Shown: positions 1 to 12,487 of the stretch, in pieces | How the letters are laid out: every line of letters begins with the position of its first letter | How positions within the stretch are numbered: position 1 is the first letter of the stretch | Made by a program: the position numbers and the translations under genes | From: Flaccisagitta enflata | Taxonomy: Eukaryota | Assembly: GCA_965153355.1 (NCBI GenBank) | Contig: OZ231126.1 | Coordinates: 30,256,001-30,320,000, forward strand | Length of the DNA: 64,000 nucleotides | Direction of reading: 5' to 3' | Notes under the pieces: model-generated | Databases searched by the model: none | What the model was told of the DNA's origin: nothing | Seen by the model: only the letters and a program-made list of their open reading frames with translations

Positions 1-2995
1 AAAATCAATGAGCAACTTCCCATTATAATCCTATGAGGGGGAAAAGCAAAAATTTCAATTTTTTTTTTTTTTTTAGCTATGATCACCAAAACATTAAGAA
101 CATTTTTTTTAGCAATTATTACTCTTTAGTGATGGTCTATTTCATGACTGGTTTCATATAGTAACAGACTAAATTGAAAACCCTAAAACAATTTGTTTCT
201 TTTTTTTATGTAAAGGTAGTTTCAGAAGATATTCACAACTGAAGATTTTGCTGATCCATATTTGCCTTACGGGCCCGGGCCTAGCCTCTCGGCTACTCCT
301 AAACTTGGTGCCATATTCAGCCATTTTTAGTGATAATAGATATTCTTGTAATAATCACTTAGAGTTAACTCACATTTGTTAAGAGGGCCTTGAACAAAAA
401 CACTTTTGGGCCTAGTAGTACTGTACCCTGGGTACAGCATGTAAATTTAAAAAATGAAAAATATTCTATGTTTGTGTTCAATCATAATAAATATGACTCA
501 ACTCCTTAGTGCCCATATAAATGGCCAAAATGAGTGGTAAGGCTATTTTAACAATTTTGACCAAAAATGCCAAAATCCTCCAACATTGGCTCTACCACCC
601 ATTTTTGGTCCTTTATATGGGCACTAAGGAGTTGAGGTCCCATATTTTTTATTCTTGAATATAAAAAGCACAAACATAGAAGAATACTAACTTTTTTTTC
701 AAAATTTCTATACTTCAGGTACTCCCGGCACTTAGCACTTCCTAGGGGTAAAACCTGTGAATGATTTTTTTGGTTCAATTTTTCCTAATAGATTCTTTGG
801 GCTAATACAAGAAGATTGACACCAAGATTGTCCTTTTACTATAAAAAATAGCTGAGATATAGCTTTTCAAAGTTCTGGGGGTACCCGGGGGGTCCAAAAT
901 TTCAAGCCCCCCTAAAACCCAAAATATGGGTCCGAGAGCGAAAATCTTTGGGATTCTTGAATATCTCCCCGAGGGCTACCTTTACACCAAAAATGAGCAA
1001 ATTCTATTTTTTTAGGGTTTTCAGTTTGGGTGATCTGTCATGAAACCACCCTATAATGGTACAACTCGCCAATTTGGAGTAATAGCACCTTGCTATATTA
1101 CCAACTCTCAGAAAGAGGATTCTAGATAAGCTCTGTTGTAAATTTTCCTCTTTAAGCCACGTTCTGTTGATATATTGTTTACAATTCAAACCTATTCTTT
1201 TTGACAGTAGATAAAAAGAATGTGCATTGATAAAATTCCCTTTCATTTGATATGTTGCACTATATGGTTTTGATTGAAAATTGAATTTTCATATTCTAGG
1301 CCACCTATGTAATTGTTAATAATAAAGGTGGCTAATCGCCGTAGGAAAAAGAGTGAATGCTGAGAAAAAGAGTTATGACGCCGGGATTGCGGACAGGGCA
1401 TCTAACTCCCCCATCCACATCCTAACCCCACACACAAGCATCTAGACCGCTTGTTTTTCGACTTTTCCACTTGGACGGACAGACGGACCGACAGAGCAAT
1501 AGATGGACTGACAGACTGACGGACAATGCCTTTCATAGAGTCCAGAGTCAAAATGAGAGAAAGACTGCACTGCCAGGATGCTCAATCATAACCATTTCAA
1601 AGTTCAAATAGCCTTCAACTAACTTGATTCCTTGTTTTTGGGATAAATGCAAAAAATGCGAAAAAACATAAAAAGATTTATAAAATCATAGCTCCAAAAC
1701 TATCAATCGCACAGAATTCTGCTGGCGTCATCTGAAAGAGGAGTTCATTAGCTCTTTCTAGCTATCAATTTCATGCAGAGTACCATTTGGACCCAAAGCT
1801 TATCAATCTCTCAAACGCTTTTCATGGAAAAAAAGGAAACTTTTCTTCGCGGAAATCAAAAAGTCTTCGAATCTTCGAATCTTGACTTTTTTCCAAATAA
1901 TGGTGGCTTAAGAAATGAAAATGTTATTTCTTTTTAAAACCCTATAGTGCGACCTATCAAATGAAAGAAAATTAGATCAGGATTAACAATATGCTGTCAA
2001 AAAATAAGTTAGACCAACCTGCAAAATTATTAATGTAAAATGAAGCTTAATATAATGAATTTCTGTAGTCGCTTCATATTTGTATGTGTGGATATTGATC
2101 GATATCGATATCCGGTAGTAGCTCCTTTGGCACAGTCGAAATTGCTCAATCGACAAAACAAAAGAGCAGGCCAACCATGCCAATCCATGCAATGCTCGCT
2201 CGTAATGCCATCTTTTGATCGCTACTCGAACCTACCGGTCGATTAGCTCCGAATATTTTCCAAATATTACTAAAAATAAGTAATTTCATCGCCTTAACGG
2301 ACTTCATACACTGTCACGATTGTTACAAGTGGTCCGTATCTTTCCTCGGTCAAGTTCCCTCACGCAGGGCCTTCCTGTGGACGGGAATCTGGTTCCACGT
2401 CCGTTTCAAGCAACCGAGTCAATTTTAACAGCAACTGACGTCATAACAAGATGGCTGCCTCCTGCTGTTTTCAAGGATAAGTTTCCTTCTCATTTTTGAA
2501 TCTCGTCTTCGCCCGGCTAAACTGAATGGCAAGTCAAAGTCCCCGCGTCCTGCGCCTCTACAATGGTCGCCAATTGCCGCTGACTTCTCCTTCGCGCTTC
2601 TCCGTACCCATGCCGGGTCCATCTGTCCATGCGGATCAAGGCCCGCCGAAGTCCGTCGCAATCATTCTACAACGTCCTACGCTGCTGCGAGAGTCGCCGG
2701 TTGCCTCCCCTTCTCCTTCGCGCTTCTCCGCACCCTTGCCGGGTTCCTCTGTCCATACAGATCAAGGCCCCGCTCTTCTGCCGCCTCCGTCCCCCCAGCC
2801 CATAGGGTTACGATGGCGACGATTCAGAAGAAGAATGCTTATCTTCTGCAGCAGCAGCTTCTCCAGCAGCAGCAGCTTTCTTCAGGATGCAGCAGGAGTG
2901 AAACTCGTATTTTCATCAAAGGTTAAATTGAGCAGGGTTGGATGTAATGATTGATTGATTGATTTTTGTCTCATATCGGACCTTGGTGGAATTTC

Positions 2996-3077
2996 ATCCA
3001 CACATACAAATATGAAGCGACTACAGAATAAATATTTCTTCCTGAAATGTTTTTCTTAGTCGCGGAGTATTTGTATG
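2996..3077. other. Internal complementary region (ICR) of the DIRS-like element
   Basis: 2996-3028 is the exact reverse complement of 2061-2093. 3025-3069 is the exact reverse complement of 7560-7604. The two halves overlap at AGAA (TTCT on the other strand). Confidence 0.9.
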
Positions 3078-4683
3078 GCCCTCCATCCATCCCCATCTCC
3101 ATCCCTTTTTGGTTCTCATATGATTCATCATTTCTCAATTATTAATCCATTCTTTCCCTTTCTCTCTTTTTCCTTTTCATGTACGACTCCCTTCGCCTTC
3201 ATCCTCGCTGCGTCGCTGCTGCTGCTGCTGCTATGGGGTGGCTTACCATTATACCCTACCTCAAGCTCGCAGGGTGACCTTTAAGGCTGCACCAGGGGCG
3301 CCCCCCCCTCTTCCTGGCGTCCATCCCTGATGGCGCTGCCACCTCCACTGCCACTGCGCACGCTGGAGGGGGCACAGGAAGATGTGAGTAGATCACTCCT
3401 AACTTGGTTTCGGCCAACATGGTGGGTCTTGGTATAATGGGCATACTAGAAGAGGCCTTTGATATTTTCTCATTCCTCTGTGTATGCTGTCATGAGTGAT
3501 TGTCAGAGTAGAAGACGAGTTTCATCAGGCCAAGTCACTCTGTTTTTTGCTCATGGCTGATTGCCTTCTGAGTCACTGGGTGGCTCAGGATTATGGAGGT
3601 AACTGCATGGCGAAGAAGCCGGAGGCGCCGAGGAAGATTCGGCGCCGCCGGAGGACGCCTTCACAAGTCTCCTAGGAGTCATGTCGGTGTCCGGGTCGCA
3701 TCATTCGCCGTCGAGGGCCTCATTCGATTTCGGCGCTGCCATTTTGTCCACGAGGAGAAAAATGCTACTCATGCGCCATTGGAGAAGCCGCCGTCATACG
3801 TGCATAGTCTCTATTCGGCATAGCGCCTATTCGGCATAGCGCAAAGTCGACAAAGTTCCTCCGGAATGCTTTGCCATCTGCCATGCATGCACAAGCTAGC
3901 GCCGCTTTTATTTTTGCGACGGTATGGTCCTTGGAGGTTGCCTCTCCGCAATTTGGTGTTTCCATTCATCATGGACAATGCACCAAAGATCAATGCGTAA
4001 GAAGTTGTTTACGCTCTACGCATACTTTTCAGCCTTCAGAAAAGTTATCGCTCTTTCAGGTCGGCTGCTCCACTACTTCTATTGCCAATTGAAGTTTCAG
4101 GTAAAAATCTGTCATTCAATTGTTTTTGATTCTCAACTTGTAGAGAAGTCGCCAGCAATGAGAAGTTTATTTACATATTATGGTTTGACCATCCTCTTTG
4201 AGTAGACGCTGGTGGTCATTCGCAAGGCTGTTAGCCTTGCCATCGCCATATACTCCTAGTCTTCATTGGCGATTACCAAAAGTGGAACAAGGCACTGTTT
4301 CTTATGGCATCCAATTATTGTTAAAATTTTTCAAAAGCTGGATGCATAAATAACCCTATTACAGCTGTTTTGTAAGAAAGACATCTTTCTCCTCCTCCTC
4401 CTGCATTGGCGGTACATTCGTCAGGTCCTGAATGTTATTCAGGTCCTGATGTGAGTGGTCGAGGAGGTGTATATCGCCCTTGTTTACTTGCTCTAGTTTC
4501 GGCCTTCTGCCTCATATCATTAACCCCTTCCTTCCTGACTCCGCTTCATGCCATCATCATCGAGGTTTCTGACGATCTTTAGCATGGGCCTGTAGCGATA
4601 GTCCTTCTAGAATTTGCTGAGTCCATTGAAGGCAGACATTTTTATGCGAAGTTTGAAGTATTCTACATAATCTCTGTAAGAGA

Positions 4684-4920
4684 TTGCGTAAGTTTCATAT
4701 GATCGTTGATCAGGTCTATTTTGGAAAATCAAAATTTACCTTTTCGCATATTTTATTTTATAGTTTCTACGACTTAAGAATTCCTCATCGTTTTGGGAAA
4801 TTTTTGCTGTTTCACCATTTCCCGGAACTATCATATCGCGCCCCTTCTAAAACTAAGTTTTGTGGTGCTAACGTTAGCCTCGCCTCTCGTGTCATTGTAT
4901 GGGTTTATTTCATTGGTTGA
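4684..4920 (+). pseudogene. Degenerate DIRS-type reverse transcriptase fragment
   Basis: KFHMIVDQV...YSFYDLRIPHRFGKFLLF...NVSLASRVI resembles the DIRS RT pattern KFxM...DAYYHVPIHP..RKFLxF...FGLSxAPRVF. No intact YxDD seen; flanked by stops. Confidence 0.5.
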
Positions 4921-5719
4921 ATTTAACCCTTCTTGTACCTCAAAGCCTCTTTGATTGTATTGACATTTGACCAGGGCCAGACGACGAACGTAGCCTTAGA
5001 TGTGTAAATGACTTTTTTAGGGTACCATCGTTTTTTACTGAGTGAATTCCAGATTCCTTGTTGCTTTTTTCTTCATTTTATGGATCAAAAAAATAACTAC
5101 CCGAAATTTCTTTGGTCAGTTTCTAGTCTTTAATTACAAATTGTTCGCGATGGTTGTGAGTCATAGTGCTATGAAAAAAGTAGGGAAGTGTCGATTGACC
5201 ATTCTGTGCATCAGGTTGGTTGAACAACAAAATGCTCTGTTAATGGAAGTTATGATGATTGCTAATGAATATTCTTTTCTTTCCTAGTTGACCTGTTCGA
5301 CCTCACTTTTTTCCAACTCCTATAACCGGAAGAATTGATTTTACTACAGATTCTTTTTAGTTAAACATGGTTCTGTGGGAATCAGGGGAGGAACCAATTC
5401 TTCCGGCAGTTTAGGTACCCTGCGTACCCCCCCTGGACCAGGGCCGGTTTCCGTCATTCCTGTTTTTCTTTTTGATTCAAATCTTGAATGGACGGTATTA
5501 TTATTATTTTCCTTAGGAAAAGATTAATTTGACTGAGTCAGGTCTATCTCTTGCCTTATGATAATCCTGTCCAAGATTTTAGCCCTTGGGTGCTCATTTT
5601 ATCAATCCCTATTATTTCTAGGTCTTGATTGCGTATCCGCCCCAATTTGTTTTAGGTTGGATTGTGGTCAGGAAGATGTTTTCATTTCGCATCTTCTTGG
5701 ACGGTATTTGTTGATGAGC

Positions 5720-5965
5720 GCTATGTGCCCCCACCCTCTAGGGTGGATCCTATGGGCTAAAATTTGTTTTATTGAGTTGGTTCTTTCAGAAACATCTTCA
5801 ATGGGCCTTCTGCCCATCTTTTCTCCGTCTAACGCTTCTTTTCCCCCCTAACTCTTTTAGGTTGGGAGTTTCTGCAAGATGTCTTTTACATCTTCAGACG
5901 GTATTCGTCATTGGCAGCTGGGCTAACCGCCTCTTTTGGCGGTTCTACTTAAATTTTCATCCTTT
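5720..5965 (+). pseudogene. Degenerate tyrosine recombinase C-terminal fragment
   Basis: MCPHPL (cf. LCPVRAL) followed in another frame by PNSFRLGVSA...GSWANRLFWRFYL, resembling the HxxR...GxW...FxRFY box of DIRS recombinases (His codon CAC could have become AAC). Confidence 0.55.
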
Positions 5966-7672
5966 TAACAATTTCTCACAGAAATTCCCAAAAGATGGAT
6001 GGGCATCTCCCATTGTGGATGCCATTTTTAGCTGAGTATCCCCTCCCTCTGAGCGGATCCTGCCGTTTTAAAATTTTAGTCCTTTTTGATCGATTCTTGC
6101 AGAAATTTTCTCGATTGGGATAGGCTTTTTCCCCTAGGGGAATGCCCCTTCAAGCTGTAGGCCACCTTTGGATGGCTCCTGCTTCATACTATCATAATCA
6201 TTTCGATTGTTTTTTTCACAGGGAATCTTCGTCGTAATTGACAATATTCCTTTGATGCCCCCCTTCTAAGCAATGTGCCTTTTTTCAGGTGGCATCAGTT
6301 TGCTTCTGTCATAATCATTTTGATTGTTCCTCTCAGGAGATCTTAGAAGTTAATGGATATCGTTCCATTAAGGTTCCCTTAAGAATCTAAGCTTATTCTG
6401 TTTGTCATATTCTTGACCTTGTTCATGACCATTAGTTCATGGACGATCTGTTGTTGAACTACTGTTGTTTCTCATTAGTTGTAACACATTTTCCCCACTG
6501 CCTTACCTCTCTCAGATCCAAGACAGTGGCCTCCCTTTCTTAGCCTCCTCTCTTTTCAGGAGTTGTGTGCAAAAAGTATGGCTTTAACATTCTACTTCCT
6601 TCCCTTACATGTATGTAGAATGTAATGTAAATATTATGGTTAATATTTTTTCCGGCTCTTAGCCCTTTGAGATCATGAGCCTCGAAGGTTGTACTTCTCC
6701 TTTTCTTGGGAAAAGAAAGAGGGGGGGTGTTGGTTTGGGAATCGCTCTCCATCTCTCCCTCCCGCGGGTGACTTTTGCCCTGTCCTTTCATAATAATTTA
6801 GATTATTTCTCAAAGGAGTCTTCGTTGTAAATGGAATTCGCTCCATTTTGACTTGTAAATCGGTCAGACCTGTTCCCTTTGGTCTTTCCTTTGTGTTTTA
6901 TTTTTGCGCCGCCAGATAAATTATGACTATTTCTCAGGTTACCGCCCTGGAAAGACTGCTCATTAGGCGGAGTGGATTGGTCTCATTCCTCCCTCCATCA
7001 TGTTTTTTTCCCTTTTATTCTTTGTAAGAGATACTCTTCAGGTTATCGTATATCTCTCCTTCCCATATGTATAACATATGGGGGGGGGGGGTTTCCCATT
7101 GGATTATTTATTGCCTAAAGCATAATCCTTAGCTCATTTTCCTTTCTCCTCTCTCAGAGATATTGAAAATGTCCACCCTTCATCCTTTTGCCTGTAAGCT
7201 TTTAACAGGTGCTGTTCTTGCGATCATGCCATGCTAGTCTTACGGACGTGTTTCGCGCTTCCTTTCGTTGCGCGGACATTACAGCGCCGCCGGTTTCGAC
7301 ACATCCCATATTGGTTGCGGTCGCATTCGCGCGCAGCGCCTTCATGTAGATATTCTCCATGCTGACTGAGCGTGCGCTCGCTCGTTTTTCCGGCACTATT
7401 GCCGTCAGCTTCGTGGTGATCTTCTCGATGGCATTACAAGCGAGCATTGCATGGATTGGCACGGTTGGCCTGCTCTTTTGTTTTGTCGATTGAGCAATTC
7501 GACTGTGCCAAAGGAGCTACTACCGGATATCGATGTCGATCAATATCCACACATACAATTACTCCGCGACTAAGAAAAACATTTCAGGAAGAAATATTTA
7601 TTCTCAAGACGGTGTGCTCGTGACTTTTTCCATCATTCAGTCAATAAAAGTTTCCATATATCTTTCACTCAG

Positions 7673-9071
7673 TCCCGCGCGATCCCGACTTGCCCTCGGC
7701 GGAAGCGGCCAAGAAGCAGAAGGAAGAGCAACGGAAAATCGACGAAGCGGAAGTCCTCAATGACGAGGAGGCCGAGGAGAAGGAGCAACTCCTCACGCAA
7801 GGATTCACCAACTGGAACAAACGCGACTTCAATCAGTTTATCAAAGCCAACGAAAAATGGGGCAGGGATGATATCGACAACATCTCACAGGTATAACTAG
7901 GTGGAGTAATAGTTCTCTTTAGGCAAACTGAACTATACGAAGACGTTATGGAAGCCCATTTCAGCCTAAGACTAGATTTAAGGCACTGTGTCGCATGCGA
8001 GAAGGTAGCGGACTATGAGTTTGGTCAGTGATGAAAAGAAAACGCCGGACATGGACTACACACCAAAGTCTGACCGACGGAGCAACCATCTGAGAATCCT
8101 GCCTACACCTTTTTGCCTTTCAGGATGTGGAAGGGAAGACGCCGGAAGAAGTGATGGAATACAGTTCGGTGTTTTGGGATCGTTGCAACGAGTTAACAGA
8201 CTACGACAAAATCATGGCTCAAATCGAACGCGGAGAGGCCAAGATTCAACGAAGGATCTCCATTAAGAAAGCCCTCGACGCGAAGATGGCCAGATATCGA
8301 GCCCCCTTCCACCAATTGAGACTACAATACGGCACCAACAAGGGCAAGAACTACACCGAAGAGGAAGACCGGTGAGAGAATTTTACCTTCTTTTACATTG
8401 ATACGATTACAATTAGGCTCCACTACTAGGTGCATGTTAGGTATTGAGCAATGAGGCCGGATACACGGCAATCCAGTCGCGGACGGTTGGGCCGGAGCAG
8501 TAATGCAATTGCAATTCAAAAATGTTATGGAAGGACAGACGGATGGACCAAGGTGTAGAGTTACGTGTCCGCGACTGAAAACATGCCTCATAGTGAAGCT
8601 GCCTAACTGCCAATATAGAGATTGCTGCAAAGTAGTAGGTTGTATGCCTTATAGGCGGGCATGTCCTGTTAGCGGGAGCGCTCTAGCGGTGGTCCACTGA
8701 ATCTAAATTTACTAAATTGATAAAATTTTATATTACGCTTGCACTGACACATGCCGTAGAATGTGTATTTTAGAAGTTGGAAATCTACCACGATAATGTC
8801 CCTAAGAATCTTTGCTTTCGTTTCAGATTTTTGGTATGCATGCTGTGGAAGTTGGGATTTGACAAGGAGAATGTCTATGACGAGCTTCGCACGGCATGCC
8901 GACAGGCGCCACAATTCCGCTTCGATTGGTTCCTCAAGTCAAGAACTGCCCTTGAGCTGCAGGTGAGTCGCGTCGCTGGTTTCTCACTGATTTCGTGTGA
9001 AATCATTCATCATCGCAAATTGTCATCTCTATCAATCGGTTTCTAGCCTACTTCGTTTGATACGCTTACCC

Positions 9072-9169
<98 letters not shown>

Positions 9170-9426
9170 TTAATTCCATCTTTCAGCGTCGTTGCAACAC
9201 TCTGATAACGTTGATCGAGCGTGAAAACGCCGAATTGGAAGAACGAGAGAAATCCTCCAAGAGCAAAGGCGGGAAATCGAAAGGCGGCGCCGGCGCCGCG
9301 GGCGGAGGAGGCGGCGCCAACGCCGGCGGTGGAGCCAAAGGCGGCGGCAAGAGGAAAGCCGAAGCCCCGGCGGAAGCGCCCTCGGGGGCGGCCAAAGGAA
9401 GACCCGGCAAAAAGAAGAAGGCTTAG
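7673..9426 (+). CDS. SMARCA5: ISWI/SNF2H-family chromatin remodeller, 3' exons (HAND-SANT-SLIDE region); 5' exons not seen in window
   Basis: Exons 7673-7890, 8124-8371, 8827-8962, 9187-9426 have GT/AG ends and matching phases. Translation includes [55 protein letters not shown] and [32 protein letters not shown], which are ISWI hallmarks. AATAAA near 9456. Confidence 0.96.
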
Positions 9427-11603
9427 ACTGCGGTCTGCGAATGATCCGGAACTTAAATAAATTGATTTTTCGCGATTCATGGGGCGAGAGCTTCGTCTTC
9501 GAAATCTGTGTAAGATGAAGAAATATTACACCAAGAGAAGATGCTGCCATTACCTGATTTACTGTCCGCATATTGCCCAACCCTCACTCGTATGTCTCTT
9601 ATGTGTCTCTATTTGTATCTTTCTTCATCCAAGACTTTCTCCTCTCAAACGTTGTTCACGCTAATTTTCATCATTTTTGACGACCCTTAAGCTTCACTCA
9701 CTAGATGTTTCGTTAGATCGCTGTTAGTACATCATGTTACCTTAGATATGGTAGGATTAAAAAAAGAAAACCTTGTTTTGACATCTTAGTGAACGTGAAG
9801 CGTTAATTCTGTTTTTCTTGCAGCAAACATGATTTCTTTTGTCGCATTTTACATCGCGTAATCTGTCTTTTAATATTCCTTATACATTTGTAAAATGCAA
9901 CTTGAGTTTTTACGCATTCCAATCTCATATCATTAGTTTTATTTCTCGCCGCAGTTTCCATGTATTACAAAAAGAAAACAAAATCCTTTCTCTGCTTTAT
10001 TCTGTTGAATGCATTGACTTAGTTTGGAAACAATAATTCAAACTGGGAAATTTCCCAGGTCATGCTAGGTTCATGCTAGCGGCGTGGTGTGACTGGTGTC
10101 AGTGCACCAGTGGGTTTGAGAAAGCCGCAGGCCTGCCCAAGATCATTGACCAAGATGTGAAAATGTAATTTTTGCATAAATTGACTGAGCTTGCCAGCAA
10201 GAATGGCAGTGTAGCAGCATGTAATCGAGGTAGCTTATTTGGACCGTCAGATATAAGAGTAAGAAGGAAAACTAATAGGGACTGAATAGAGGATAAAACT
10301 CTCAGGCGGCGATGTTGCCTCGCAGGCGGCGATGTTGCCTCGCAGGCGGCGATATTGCCTTTGTAGGTAATCGATTATCATTACCAATAGAATATATTTG
10401 CATCGTCACTCCATAGTGTACTCCCTCGCCGTCTGCTTTATCCGGTACCCACTACATTTTCCAGGGTGTCTAAAAACGCTGAAATTAATTTTCAACCCAT
10501 AGTTGTGTTTTTCCTTTCCAAAAATGCTTTCAAAAGAGCCATTGCGCGACTTTCAAATTAATCGGGAATCATCGTTAGGGTGACTTATAAGTTTCCATAG
10601 AAATGTATGACCGACAAAATTTGTATTATGGAGATATTGACTGTAATGATAATCAAATGCAAACTATAACCTCACCCAAACGGTGGTTCCTGATCGATAT
10701 GAAAGTCGCGCAATGGCTGATTAGAAAGCATTTTTAGTCGCGTGCACGTGACTGTACACCCCGCTTTGTCCGTCCGTCCATCCGTTGGTCTGTTTGTCCA
10801 TCACACTTTTACTTTTTTTATCAATTTTATTTCTTTGAGTCATTTAAAGTCATTTAAGAGTATACTGAGTCATTTTAACTTGTTTTGAATCAATCTGTAA
10901 GTCTCGCACGCGACTTATAGGTGTTAGCCTTGTTGCAAAGGAAAAATACTTATGCGAGGTGATGTTCAATTTTGGCTTTTTTGGGCAACCTGGCAAACTT
11001 AGTATCCACTAGCGCAATTCTTTCTATGGAATGAAACAAAAGCGCAAGGGCGTGGATCAAGCTTGTTGCATGTTTGGTCTATATGAGTCATTCATTACAA
11101 GATCTCTAATAGGGGCAGTATCAATCCTTTTCCTCCGTAATTGTTCGAAACCCTCCTCGCGTATGATCTGATAGATACGAGACGCATCAATAACTTCATG
11201 TACATATATCTCTAGTACATATATCTCTAGTGGAGGTTCTCCACTTATGAAATAGCAAGTCACTAATCGGGGAAAAAGTCACACTTGATTATAGATTATA
11301 GATTGAATAACAAGAACAAACAAGCAGTCAACCAGACAGATTATAGATTATAGATTGAATAACAAGAACAAACAAGCAGTCAACCAGACAGCATAAGATG
11401 CTCTCACAAAAAACCTACATTGAAAAAAAGAAATTACCATTTACGACTTTTTTTTTTTCAGTCGGCGATCAGTCGCCTTTATCGGTAATGTAAGCCTCCA
11501 AATTAAACATAGACACCGAAATTTTATGGTCATTTTTGGCTGATACGCGTCACGTCAAGGAATAGGACAGACAATATTAGAATTTTTTCGCGCAACTGAC
11601 TCG

Positions 11604-12437
11604 ATGGCTTCCAATCAAAGTGCCTCTTCCCTCCCAACTACCTCGTCGGCTCATTTAACGACTCGGGATCAGATCCTCGTTACAATTTTAGCCGGAGTGC
11701 ACGATCCCTTAAGCCCATTGTCAACGCTTCGTGGTATTCCGCATTTGGTGAAACTCATTTACCAGTTGGCCACCAACGAAATCTGGTGGAAGAAGTGCAT
11801 TCGGTTTCCAGATGAGGAGACAGATCGACGAGTGTTGCAACTGAAGCAAGGCAAATCGTGGATCTTCGATCACAAGCGACCAATTGAAAAGAAATGCAAC
11901 GACAATGACAAATTCCTGTTTTTCACCGAACTTGACGCGAGAAGCGTCGACGAACAGTGGGATCTTTTTTGGCCGCATTATGAAGACGCAGACGGCTCAG
12001 ATGAAGATGATGCGAATGAAAAAGATCCTGAAAAGGAAAGATTCAGGTAACAAGCGACACGAGGTCATAATATCGTTTCGGGCGGGTGGGCATTAGAGCC
12101 TTGCGACGGAGTATTTCCGCCACGATTTCGACGCGATTTCGACGCGCCTCCTAATCGCCACCCGACTTCCGTTTCTTGTTGGCGCTGAAACCGCGGTTTT
12201 CCGGTTACCTTTTCCGATTTTTCCAATTTTTACTCAAACCAATGCCATTTCCAAACGAAAAAAGATAGAGATACCAGATTGGCGCCAAATGAAAGAGTTT
12301 TTCAAGGGCTTGAAAATGGCCTAAGATTTCAATTAGTTTTTTTTATTTTCAATGGCGCAATCAACCATTCAAAAGTGCGTCTTTTTTTTTTGGTTGGCAC
12401 TATCACATGCCAGCGTTTCTTTTGAGCAAAATCAACA

Positions 12438-12487
<50 letters not shown>

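Larger units (their letters stand above)
2061..7604 (+). mobile_element. DIRS-like tyrosine-recombinase retrotransposon, coding-decayed (probably non-autonomous)
   Basis: Inverted repeats 2080-2212 and 7427-7558 (about 4 differences) with unique terminal extensions. Internal region 2996-3069 is the reverse complement of both outer ends joined through TTCT, and TTCT is present at both termini. Degenerate RT-like and YR-like peptides inside. Confidence 0.85.

Noticed and set aside
6436-6460. FMDDLLL reading as an RT active site in the DIRS-like element
   Set aside because: Lies downstream of the recombinase remnant with an in-frame stop just before it and no supporting motifs; may be chance.
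11057-11391. 68-aa minus-strand ORF and adjacent 52-bp tandem duplication
   Set aside because: No recognisable motif or splice support; simple local duplication.
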